Source: Lytechinus pictus
Lineage: Eukaryota
Direction of reading: 5' to 3'
DNA: 64,000 nucleotides
Assembly (NCBI RefSeq): GCF_037042905.1
Contig: NC_087251.1
Coordinates: forward strand, 38,194,001 to 38,258,000
Shown: one piece after another, positions 54,455-64,000 of the stretch
How positions within the stretch are numbered: the stretch's first letter is position 1
Layout: the number at the start of each line of letters is the position of its first letter
Notes under the pieces: model-generated
The model's database searches: none
Seen by the model: only the letters and a program-made list of their open reading frames with translations
Told to the model about the DNA's origin: nothing
Program-made: the position numbers and the translations under genes

Positions 54455-56512
54455 GGGTCAAGCTAATGTGTATCTGGTTGCCCGAGTCGAGTTCTACAAG
54501 TTAGGATACATGGTTACCCTGGCTAGGCCGTTGGAATATCCCTGGGGGCCCCTTGAAAAAATACTTTATTTTAATTTTAAAAATGCGATAAATAGCCCTT
54601 TATTCCCTTTAATTTTGTTAATTTGAGCCCCCTAAATGTGCATGCGCCGGATCAAATCAGTGTTTATCTGGTTGCCCGAGTCGAGTTCTACAAGTTAGGA
54701 TACGTGGTTACCCTGGCTAGGCCGTCGGGATATCCCTGGGGGCCCCTTGAAAATTTACTTTATTTTAATTTTTAAAATGCGATAAATAGCCCTTTATTCC
54801 CTTTAATTTTGTTAATTTTAGCCCCCTAAATGTGCATGCGCCGGGTCAAGTCAGTTTTTATCTGATTGCCCGAGTCAAGTTCTACAAGTTAGGATACGTG
54901 GTTACCCTGGCTAGGCCGTCGGGATATCCCTGGGGGCCCCTTGAAAAAATACTTTATTTTAATTTAAAAAATGCGATAAATAGCCCTTTATTCCCTTTAA
55001 TTTTGTTAATTTTAGCCCCCTAAATGTGCATGCGCCGGGTCAAATCAGTTTTTATCTGATCGCCCGAGTCAAGTTCTACAAGTTAGGATACGTGGTTACC
55101 CTGACTAGGCCGTCAGGATATCCCTGGGGGCCCCTTGAAAAAATACTTTATTTTAATTCTAAAAATGCGATAAATATCCCTTTATTCCCTTTAATTTTGT
55201 TAATTTGAGCCCCCTAAATGTGCATGCGCCGGGTCAAATCAGTGTTTATCTGGTTGCCCGAGTCAAGTTCTACAAGTTAGGATACGTGGTTACCCTGACT
55301 AGGCCGTCGGGATATCCCTGGTGGCCCCTTGAAAAATTACTTTATTTTAATTTTAAAAATGCGATAAATAGCCCTTTATTCCCTTTAATTTTGTTAAATT
55401 TAGCCCTCTAAATGTGCATGCGCTGGGTCAAGTCAGTGTTTACCTGGTTGCCCGAGTCGATTTCTACAAGTTAGGATACATGGTTACCCTGGCTAGGCCG
55501 TTGGAATATCCCTGGGGGCCCCTTGAAAAAATACTTTATTTTAATTTAAAAAATGCGATAAATAGCCCTTTATTCCCTTTAATTTTGTTAATTTGAGCCC
55601 CCTAAATGTGCATGCGCCGGATCAAATCAGTGTTTATCTGGTTGCCCGAGTCGAGTTCTACAAGTTAGGGTACGTGGTTGCCCTAGCTAGGCCGTCGGGA
55701 TATCCCTGGGGGCCCCTTGAAAATTTACTTTATTTTAATTTTTAAAATGCGATAATTAGCCCTTTATTCCCTTTAATTTTGTTAATTTTAGCCCCCTAAA
55801 TGTGCATGCGCCGGGTCAAGTCAGTTTTTATCTGATCGCCCGAGTCAAGTTCTACAAGTTAGGATACGTGGTTACCCTGGCTAGGCCGTCGGGATATCCC
55901 TGGGGGCCCCTTGAAAAAATACTTTATTTTAATTTAAAAAATGCGATAAATGGCCCTTTATTCCCTTTAATTTTGTTAATTTGAGCCCCCTAAATGTGCA
56001 TGCGCCGGGTCAAATCAGTTTTTATCTGATCGCCCGAGTCAAGTTCTATAAGTTAGGATACGTGGTTACCCTGGCTAGGCCGTCAGGATATCCCTGGGGG
56101 CCCCTTGAAAAAATACTTTATTTTAATCATCTAAAAATGCGATAAATATCTCTTTATTCCCTTTAATTTTGTTAATTTGAGCCCCCTAAATGTGCATGCG
56201 CCGGGTCAAATCAGTGTTTATCTGGTTGCCCGAGTCGAGTTCTCCAAGTTAGGATACGTGGTTACCTTGGCTAGGCTGTCGGGATATCCCTGGGGCCCCT
56301 TGAAAATTTACTTTATTTTAATTTTTAAAATGCGATAAATAGCCCTTTAAATCCCTTTAATTTTGTTAATTTGAGCCCCCTTAATGTGCATGCGCCGGGT
56401 CAAGTCAGTGTTTAACTGGTTGCCCGTGTCGAGCTCTACAAGTTAGGGTACGTGGTTACCCTGGCTAGGCCGTCGGGATATCCCTGGGGCGCCCCTTGAA
56501 AAATTACTTTAT
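54455..56512 (+). repeat. 194-bp tandem repeat array, about 11 units (right arm)
   Basis: Marker tatccctgggggcccc every ~194 bp from about 54537 to 56478. Confidence 0.95.
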
Positions 56513-57129
56513 TACACACACACCGCCAAAAATGGCCGGTGCCCCCCCCTGAAAAAGCAAGGACCCCCCAATGCCCCCGGGGGGGGGGGGGAAATCCTAG
56601 CTACGCCACTGTCTGTGAAGGTCCGAAAACGCTGGAAATTAAAAGCCATGTTAACGTGAATTTTTGTTGCACGTGGTCGTAACATAAAGCTATTACGTAA
56701 TAGCTTCATGGTCGTATCATGCATGCACTGTACTGCGTGCCCGTGTGTATAACGTATTTCGATATGGCTGTTGGTTGTGCGAAAGACGAAATCAGAGAGC
56801 AGGAAGTGGAAAGCGAACTACCCGATTTCATTTTCGCTGTCTGCGTTTTTCCAAACAGAATCAGGGGGTAGAAAGCGTGTTCTTATTTTGTTTTTAATAT
56901 ATAACAAACAAAGGTATAGAATGAGGTATCAGAGAGGACTAAAAGTATTTCTGATTTCATTCTTCTGTTTTTGATCTCCAAAAATGAAATCACAACAGGG
57001 TTTTTCTCGTTGTGATTTCGTTTTTGTGTTTTCAAAGACCAATCCATGAGGTTGACTTCCGTTTTTGCTCTACGAAAATCAGGAATGAAAAACGAATTAT
57101 CCATTAGTACCCTGATTCGGACCACGGTC

Positions 57130-57600
57130 CGGTGCAGATGTCATAGTGCAGATGAAACAGTAGAACACTTTATCGCCACATGTCCCCATTCCAACTCAAT
57201 TCGCTTTGAGTTTATTTCCTTACTCAATGAATCTCTGAAAGACTACCCAGATGTGATCTCTTCTTATAACTCAGCAAATCCTACTCTGTTCACTTGTGTT
57301 GTGCTTCTTCCTCCTGTATCTGATCCACCAGTCTCTATCAAAGACTGCCTGCTTCTTAAGACATTATTTTTTATCTATAAACTTCATATGTGTCGATTGA
57401 AATCTATTGATACATGCTCAAAACCTGCATATAACCATAATTAAACTGCATGAACCGTGTCTTTACGACTTGTCCTGTCTACTCTTAACCCTGGATGATT
57501 ATTTATTATGGATATAGTGACTTGGATACTATTGCCTTCATAGGGCTGATCTCCGAAAGCAGCGGAGGGAGAAAACCAGGAAGGAAGGTCGGAAAGGAAG
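57130..57600 (+). mobile_element. LINE 3' fragment with CCHC zinc knuckle
   Basis: CRCHSADETVEHFIATCP..SIR matches the C-terminal Cx-C..ET..H....C motif of non-LTR ORF2; 5' end truncated at the foldback arm. Confidence 0.65.
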
Positions 57601-58699
57601 GGAAAGAAGGCTCATACTTATTCACAGTGCACGCACCGGTCTGTCGCGAATTAAATAGCCCTACTCTTCACTTGAGTGCACTGAGCACCATCTTGCTAGT
57701 CCCTCATCCTCAGAGTGTCGGATCGTACGCACTAACCTCGTATTAGTGTGAGTGGATCGTACAGTGCATGCACGCATAGACCAAAAACTTCGGTCTATGT
57801 AGACCAAAACTTAAGCTTCGGTCTCTGTTATGTTGGTACTTGGTTGTTCCGCTGAACTACGTCTACGTTGGCTCCACTCACCAAAATACAGACCGAAGTT
57901 CTAGCTCGATTTGTACAGGGGACTCAGTCAATGGCCATATGTTTATGTATTATTAAGTTCGGATAAAACAGGGAAGTGAAGTTGCGCGACAGCCGAAGAA
58001 AGTCACTGTTTTTTCCCCGTTTGGGTGCATTTCCGGCCAAAGTGGAATAATAATCTTTATTTTGGTACAGTTCTTTTTATATATTTTTATGAAATACAAA
58101 AATCGATGAGCCCTGTCGGGGGGATTTTGCATTGTTAACCCCCTAATGGTGGCTGCACGATAGCGAGCCGTCTGTGTACGAGGAGAAATTAAAAAAAAAA
58201 ATTAAAAATGTTTAAAAACTCCTTGAAACAGACGGCTGCCAGCTGTCTAATGCACGCATAGCTCGGAATTCAGCGCAGAGTTAGAAAACAAGCCCTAGCT
58301 AAGATTTCTTATTACCGGTACCTACATTTTCTTTTGTTAAAATATTTTATTTATCACTAAAAATTTCCAAATAAGATCCTCAACGTTAAATTTGTTTATT
58401 TTAAAGCAATTTCGCTAAAAACAAAGGTTAATTTTCTTCTCATTTATGCACTGTAATGTGTTCATTGCTATGTTTGGTTGTAATTATCTTGATGATATAT
58501 TTGTATATTTTGTTGATTATACGCTTTATTTTCAATAAATATTCAATAAAAAAAACAGTCACTCGAGCACAGTACAAGATACTCCCGATCAGGGAAAAAA
58601 TTACTTTTTTTGGGGGGGCTCCATTTTAGATTTTTTGTAAAATTTTTGGGGCTCCATTCCTACCTTTCGGGGCACAGAAGTAAATCGTCCATAGACTGT

Positions 58700-59350
58700 G
58701 TACAATGGATAGACTGTCTCCGCTCAGCGAATCGGAGACCGCTGATTGGTTAATCGCGCAGATCACGTCATGACTACATGGTCGCCAAAATAATTCCCTC
58801 GGACTTCGTGCGAAAGTATCAATAGCAACAACGATATCCGGTCACATTGTCTACGCGGGAAATGGTCTCGGTTTGTGATCGGATCGTTCCAGTATCGATT
58901 GAAAATTATCGAGACTCAGCAATTTCATGCATATTCACGTGTCGCTCCGAAACCCGGAAATCAATCGACTTTGTGCACGTTGCGATAGACTCTACAAACG
59001 CGAACAAACATGATGCCATATCGACGCTAATTCGTAAGATTTTGACGGAAAAGCAAGAAGTAATCAAAATTCACTTACCTGTGCGGTATTGGTTAGAAAA
59101 TAGATCCTCCGAGAATACCTTTCATAATTCATATAAAATATAGGAAAGTGAAATTCCAGGTCGAATTTGGTACGAGGTGATAGAGAATTGTACACTTGTT
59201 TTGGTAGAATACTGTGTGGGGCAATGGAAGGCTTGCACTGCGCATGCTTACTATATTTACATTCATAAATTGGCTCTCGGCAGTGGCTGGATGACGTCAT
59301 GTAATAAGCAAAATGTACACGTCCTCTATTGTTGAACGCTCCACTATCCG
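58700..59350. promoter_or_regulatory. Putative CpG-rich housekeeping promoter of GPATCH2, possibly bidirectional
   Basis: CpG-rich unique DNA upstream of the first coding exon. Full CRE TGACGTCA at 59292-59299, NRF1-like TGCGCATGC at 59239-59247, reverse CCAAT boxes near 58745 and 59269. Confidence 0.55.
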
Positions 59351-59924
59351 TTCTATACAATTTGCCACTGTGCGGGGGCTGTTTTCAAATGCTATTTTTT
59401 GTATTTTGAGGAATACCTGTTCACTTATTGATGAATTATTATTCATTGTTGATCTTGTATGATTTTTGTAAAATTATATTTTTAAGTTTTTTTTTCATGC
59501 TTAGAATCTTTGATGTGGGTGTGTGTTTGTGTGGGTGTGACTGTGAGTTGGACTTGGATATACATGTAAGTTAAAGAAATGAATTCAATATCTAATTTCT
59601 AATTTTCAATTTTAGAGGAGGGGACATACCTGTATTGAGGTCTTGCTCTCCTTTTCCAGTCTCTAGGTATTTATTCTTCTCTCATTTTCCTCATATACTG
59701 TATGTGGAGCATACACCTGTATGATATCTGATGGTCAATTAATAATGATTTAAGATTGTTTAAAGTTTTAGAAAGTGCATCGATTGTTGACATTCAATCA
59801 TTTTCTTTATTTCTTTCATCAGTGAATACAAGATGGCCTTACCAGAAGGGTGTGTGTCAAAGAGTTCAACACAGTGAAGTTTTTTACAGCCCTCAACTGT
59901 AAAAAGGGACCATCAAGATTTAGA

Positions 59925-60784
59925 ATGGCATCTAAGCTTAGTTCTGGTAAGGATTGCCTGACCTCTGACTTCAATAGCCCCAAGTCGGTACGACGTCAGT
60001 CTAGGAAGAGAAGGGGACGAAAGAGGCGACTGGATCCAAATCCTATATGGGAGCATGCCATCAAGTACAGCGAAGGATCCGATTCAAGTCTGGATGAAGC
60101 CTTGAAAGACTATATGGACAATGTATCGTCTCAGCAGCAACAGAATCAAAGCGAGTCCGGCTCGGATGATACCACCATGATGAAACGCTTGTCATCCCTC
60201 AATATGACTTCATCAAGCAACCTCTATGGCGAATCGGACTCGGTCACGGAAAACCACACCATGCTCAAGAAAAATGTCAATAAACGCAAGAAACGTTTCA
60301 AACGTATGGTCGTGGATTCGATACCATCGGGTTCGGGTTGCATGGTCCGCAGCTCCTTGATGCCAGACTTTGTGCCGGAAATTTGCCACAAGCGCCCTTG
60401 TGTCAAGAAAGTGCGTCCAAGGAAACTGGACAAGACCGACGACACGCCCAAGATGAAAGGGGAGTTTGACTTTGATATTCTCCTTGCTAAATCCTCAAAA
60501 ACTGGTGCCAAATTGAAGCCGAAGCTTGACCCGATGGACCTGTCGAGGCCAGCCGAAACCTCCATAAACATTGCCGAAGACAAAGAAGTGTGCTCAAGAA
60601 AGCAGGATAAAGTAGGAACTGACAGTGGTATTGCAGTGACAGGGAAACCTGTTTCAAAGGAAAGAACTCAATCATCCAGCTCTGATGGTGCAACTTCTAC
60701 AGAAGTTGCAGAGAGTAAAAACATGGATTGCTCTAGTAATGATAGTGATGTTACAATGAGACAACCTTTAACACCAAAGAATGA
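59925..60784 (+). CDS. GPATCH2: G-patch domain-containing protein 2, first identified coding exon
   Basis: RRQSRKRRGRKRR...PIWEH...SEGSDSSLDEALKDY...SGSDD...ESD matches the conserved GPATCH2/2L N-terminal blocks. Exon acceptor at 59821-22 is followed by an in-frame TGA, so the ATG at 59925 is used. Donor gtgagt, phase 2. Confidence 0.88.
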
Positions 60785-61895
60785 GTGAGTATATTTGATT
60801 TATCTCCATGACACGTTTCATCAGTTCTCTTTCATTTTGGGGTAGGCTCTTTTTTTAATAAATTTTATTGCTTCTTCAACATGCAGTTGTACATGTACAT
60901 GATCATCTGCAAGGTGGGTATATGGGCTATTCCACGGTTACTCCCGTTACACTTGGAGACACCTTGACTCATACTTGGAGCTGTAACTCCATTATTATTG
61001 AAAGGAACTAAACATCTCTTTATCACAACATAGTACACAGTCTGACTATCCTTTGTATAAAAACAAAACTTGGGAAATTTCATTATGCTCCTGGCAAATC
61101 TTTGAAATATGTCGGTTACTCATGTTACATGATTTGGACATGCATAAAATGAAAAGTGGACATAAGTGAAAAGTGTCCTCATGCAAGGCTTTTATGAAAG
61201 TTGATTATATCCATTTCAAAGAAGTATATTAGGGAGACAAATTTGTATATAATTAAAAAAATAAAGAACACATGGTTTTAACAAGGGGTGCAGATAAAGT
61301 GGTTACTCACGTTACGGTTCAGATGGGCTATATGTACAAAGACACATTGAGCTCATGTCCACCAACCTATGGAATTGCCCATATGTGGTTTTTTTTTTTT
61401 ATACATGTAACTTAAGTTATGATAATAGTTATTTCCTTCATGAAGAGAATATAGAGGAAGTAATTTGGTGATTATTTCATAGTGATTGCAATCGGTCTTA
61501 TAATGTCATTATCAAAAGTCCAAACCAATTGTATTCTAGGAGAGATAGAAAGTCCCCTGTACTGATGGAAAATTGTATGACAAACTTTATTTACGTATAC
61601 ATGGTATTGTTATGTATCCACCAATAGCTTGGGTTGGAAGATGTAAAGGTTTATTTTCAAATGATATCTCCTTATTTTGTTGAACTATTTCACAATTACC
61701 TTCTAACAAATTTACACACATGTATAATGTAATGTCCATGTACCAATAGCTTGCCTGTACTTTGTATTGTTTTAGAAGTCAATGATAATGATACATAATA
61801 TTTTCTTTTTATTCACTATTTCTGCTATACATGTAGTAAAAATTAACAAGGCACTAGATTGTAAATCCTGGAAAATTCTTATCTTTGAATTTTAG

Positions 61896-61978
61896 GGAAA
61901 CGAGTAGCAGTTACATGTCATCTAGCGAAGAAGAAGAGGATGAAGATGATGGCTACACAAATGATGAAGGAAGAGAAG
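61896..61978 (+). CDS. GPATCH2: GPATCH2, next coding exon
   Basis: ETSSSYMSSSEEEEDEDDGYTNDEGRE-G (conserved TNDEGR); phase 2 to 1. Confidence 0.9.
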
Positions 61979-62024
61979 GTAAGACCATGCTTAAGACATT
62001 AAATGCATTTTCTACAGACCAGTA

Positions 62025-62400
62025 GGGGCCCGTTTCATAAAGGACTTGCAACTATTGTAACTTTGCCATAATGGCAACTACTATGGTAACAGGGCTCAGC
62101 AGCCAATCATAATCAAAGTTTCCATGGTAGATGCCATAGTGGCAAAGTTGCAACAGTTGCAAGTACTTTGTGAAACGTGCCCCAGGTGGGGGGGTGTTTC
62201 ACAAAGCATTAGGTGTGACTGAGACTCATACTTAAATGCCAACGTGCACGTGTTATTCAATGCGTAGTCTGATTGATGTATACATGGTAGTGCGTGTCTT
62301 GAGCACTAGTTTTGACCAATTGGTGAAGGGTAAAATACCGCACACAACTGAAACCTAAGTGTTTACTCTTAGTCATACTTTCAGCTTTGTGAAACACCCC
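62025..62400. mobile_element. Two adjacent hairpin MITEs in a GPATCH2 intron
   Basis: ggggcccgtttcataaag...ctttgtgaaacgtgcccc and ggggtgtttcacaaagc...gctttgtgaaacacccc. Confidence 0.65.
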
Positions 62401-62960
62401 AAGAGCTTAAATTTCTTCATTTTAGTGGAAGGTGACTTTTCTATCTGGGACACATCATTATAGAATGATACAAGAGTAGAAAATGAAAAAGGGCACAGCA
62501 CAACAAATCTCCAAGGCCAACGAAGCCATTGAATCGGCAACCACGGCCATGGCCTTCATGGCCGTGGGTTAATTTAGCCTTGTCAGACTGAACACCCATT
62601 CTCCGCCCTCTACCCCCCCCCCCCCGCCTCTCACGCTCTCCCTCTTTCTAATGAATATGTACATGTGTATGGTTGATAATGTTGAACTTTTTCAAACAAT
62701 ATTTTGATGTTTATGCAAGACATGAGATTTACATTTGCCGCTCTCCACCCGAGAGTGAAAGGTACTGGCAGGGAGAAATTCTTGAAAGCTGTGAACAGTG
62801 AACACTTAAAATAAATACTTCATACCAAGGGCAAGGCCAGGGTTATACATGTAGTGTGCCTTGTTGACTAATGCTTGCACTATAATATCCATTATTGTTA
62901 ATGTTGTTTGTTTTATTTTTATCATTGAGTGAACTAATTATCATTTCCTTTTGTGTACCG

Positions 62961-63018
62961 GTGATGATGATGAGCAGAGTTATTTCTTTCAGGAGCCAGT
63001 GACTGTATCAGGCACCCT
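62961..63018 (+). pseudogene. Decayed partial duplicate of the next GPATCH2 exon (pseudo-exon)
   Basis: gtgatgatgatgagcagagttatttctttcaggagccagtgactgtatcaggc vs the exon start gtgatgatgagcagagtgatttcttccatgagccagggactgtgtcaggt; CG instead of AG at the acceptor. Confidence 0.75.
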
Positions 63019-63111
63019 GTTGATTTATGAATAAATATTGATGTTGTTCATGTTGTTGTTGGCATTATTTTTGTATCATTAAAATAAATTTTCTTTACTT
63101 ACCTTGTTCAG

Positions 63112-63279
63112 GTGATGATGAGCAGAGTGATTTCTTCCATGAGCCAGGGACTGTGTCAGGTATACCTAGCGTGGTTCCATGGTGGGACAGTAAGACTCTA
63201 GAGGAGTATGAGCAGGATCAAACCTTTAATAGTATTCTCAGCGGTAGCTTTCAACATCTATCAAAGCCTGCACAGAGGT
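63112..63279 (+). CDS. GPATCH2: GPATCH2, coding exon
   Basis: GDDEQSDFFHEPGTVSGIPSVVPWWDS...FNSILSGSFQHLSKPAQR (conserved GDDEQSD and VVPWW); donor gtaagt; phase 1 to 1. Confidence 0.92.
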
Positions 63280-63777
63280 GTAAGTGTTGTCTCTCATTCA
63301 CTTCACTTTTTTCTTGTTATATACTAAAATTATCATTTTAGTCCCCCTTTTCTGTAGAATTTTTAGATGACTAAAGACAAGTCCACTAATCAAAAGCATA
63401 ATTTAAATTCATATTTGTTCTGATGTTCTAGTGATTGTTTTTTTCTACTAGTGACATAATATATGTAATGTAGCTGTTTCCGTTTGAGCTTTTTAAAAAT
63501 TTGATGTTGATTGTATTTTTTGTAAATGATTGTAAAGGGTTATGCGATTCGGCCTTTCTGCCGCTATAGATACCCTTGTTGAAATAAACCGTTTTAAATA
63601 AATAAATTAATAAAGAAAAACTTTGTGAAGATCGGTGAATGAATTACAGGTTATGTTCACATTTTCTCCTATTGTTACCTTTATGTCATTTATATGTTCT
63701 AAAGGAAAATATACTGAGGCAAATGAATGCAAAGAAAACAATATTTGGCTTATAATATTGGTTTCTTATTTCCCTAG

Positions 63778-63863
63778 CTTTTCACTCAAAATTACGAGGT
63801 TGTCATGGCTTAGAGGAGCCTTCTTCCATCATGAGAGGATGCAGACAAAGGCTTAAAGCTAAG
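63778..63863 (+). CDS. GPATCH2: GPATCH2, coding exon (gene continues beyond the right edge)
   Basis: SFHSKLRGCHGLEEPSSIMRGCRQRLKAK; acceptor ccctag, donor gtatgt; phase 1 to 0. Confidence 0.8.
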
Positions 63864-64000
63864 GTATGTGGGACTCTTGTACAAATTAAGTTATTTTTTT
63901 CTTTATCAGATATTTATTTCAAAATGTCTTTCAACCATATTTTTATAAAGCAATATAATGTAAAGTACCATAATTATATACATAAATAATGTACAACAAT

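Larger units (their letters stand above)
46450..57116. mobile_element. 10.7-kb foldback-like structure with long inverted arms containing 194-bp satellite arrays
   Basis: 46450-48095 is the reverse complement of about 54455-57116 (about 550 bp unique outer part, then tandem arrays); ends atcaggg...ccctgat; flanked by ccggacca / tcggacca. Confidence 0.72.

Noticed and set aside
47119..55984. Repeated 60-68 aa ORFs (MHAPGQ...YKLGYVVTLARPSGYPWGPLEK)
   Set aside because: Each is one 194-bp satellite monomer; the period is not a multiple of 3, starts are non-ATG and several units are frameshifted.
57600..57910. GC-balanced stretch with small hairpins (catagacc...ggtctatg) as a structured ncRNA
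   Set aside because: No recognisable RNA family, Pol III boxes or sno/snRNA motifs; probably a repeat fragment.
58847..59143. 98-aa ORF upstream of GPATCH2 as its first coding exon
   Set aside because: No similarity to GPATCH2 that I can see, and the downstream exon opens with an in-frame stop; more likely promoter or UTR sequence.
60224..60693. Antisense ORFs of 119 and 68 aa
   Set aside because: Shadow frames of the GPATCH2 exon, with no recognisable motifs.

Overview
AT-rich, repeat-dense animal genomic DNA; the repeat families and gene structures suggest a sea urchin (inferred, not verified). No prokaryotic features. I assembled four spliced protein-coding genes by hand, with GT-AG junctions and consistent phases. 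(1) The 5' three exons of a MAP4K3/MAP4K5-type (GCK-I) kinase on the - strand, running off the left edge. (2) A complete 6-exon isoaspartyl peptidase/L-asparaginase (ASRGL1-like, 314 aa, - strand). (3) A complete 8-exon, 338-aa gene on + that the ORF track largely misses. It encodes two tandem SSAT/SAT-like GNAT domains produced by internal duplication of a 4-exon unit, and both halves have altered catalytic motifs. (4) The 5' coding exons of GPATCH2 (+), running off the right edge. Non-coding space holds nested DNA transposons: a 5.6-kb TU-like foldback element (15-bp tandem repeats in the arms, exact 8-bp TSD) inside a TTAA-flanked MITE, a 4-kb Academ-like element, and a 10.7-kb inverted-repeat structure carrying 194-bp satellite arrays with a 5-mer higher-order repeat. 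hAT-like elements, SINE/LINE fragments and a degenerate minimal hammerhead ribozyme motif are also present. Best novelty candidates: the single-chain tandem SSAT-like protein, the satellite-bearing foldback, and strong clustering of the TACATGTA palindrome in the two housekeeping gene bodies. Most ORF-track entries are spurious repeat translations.
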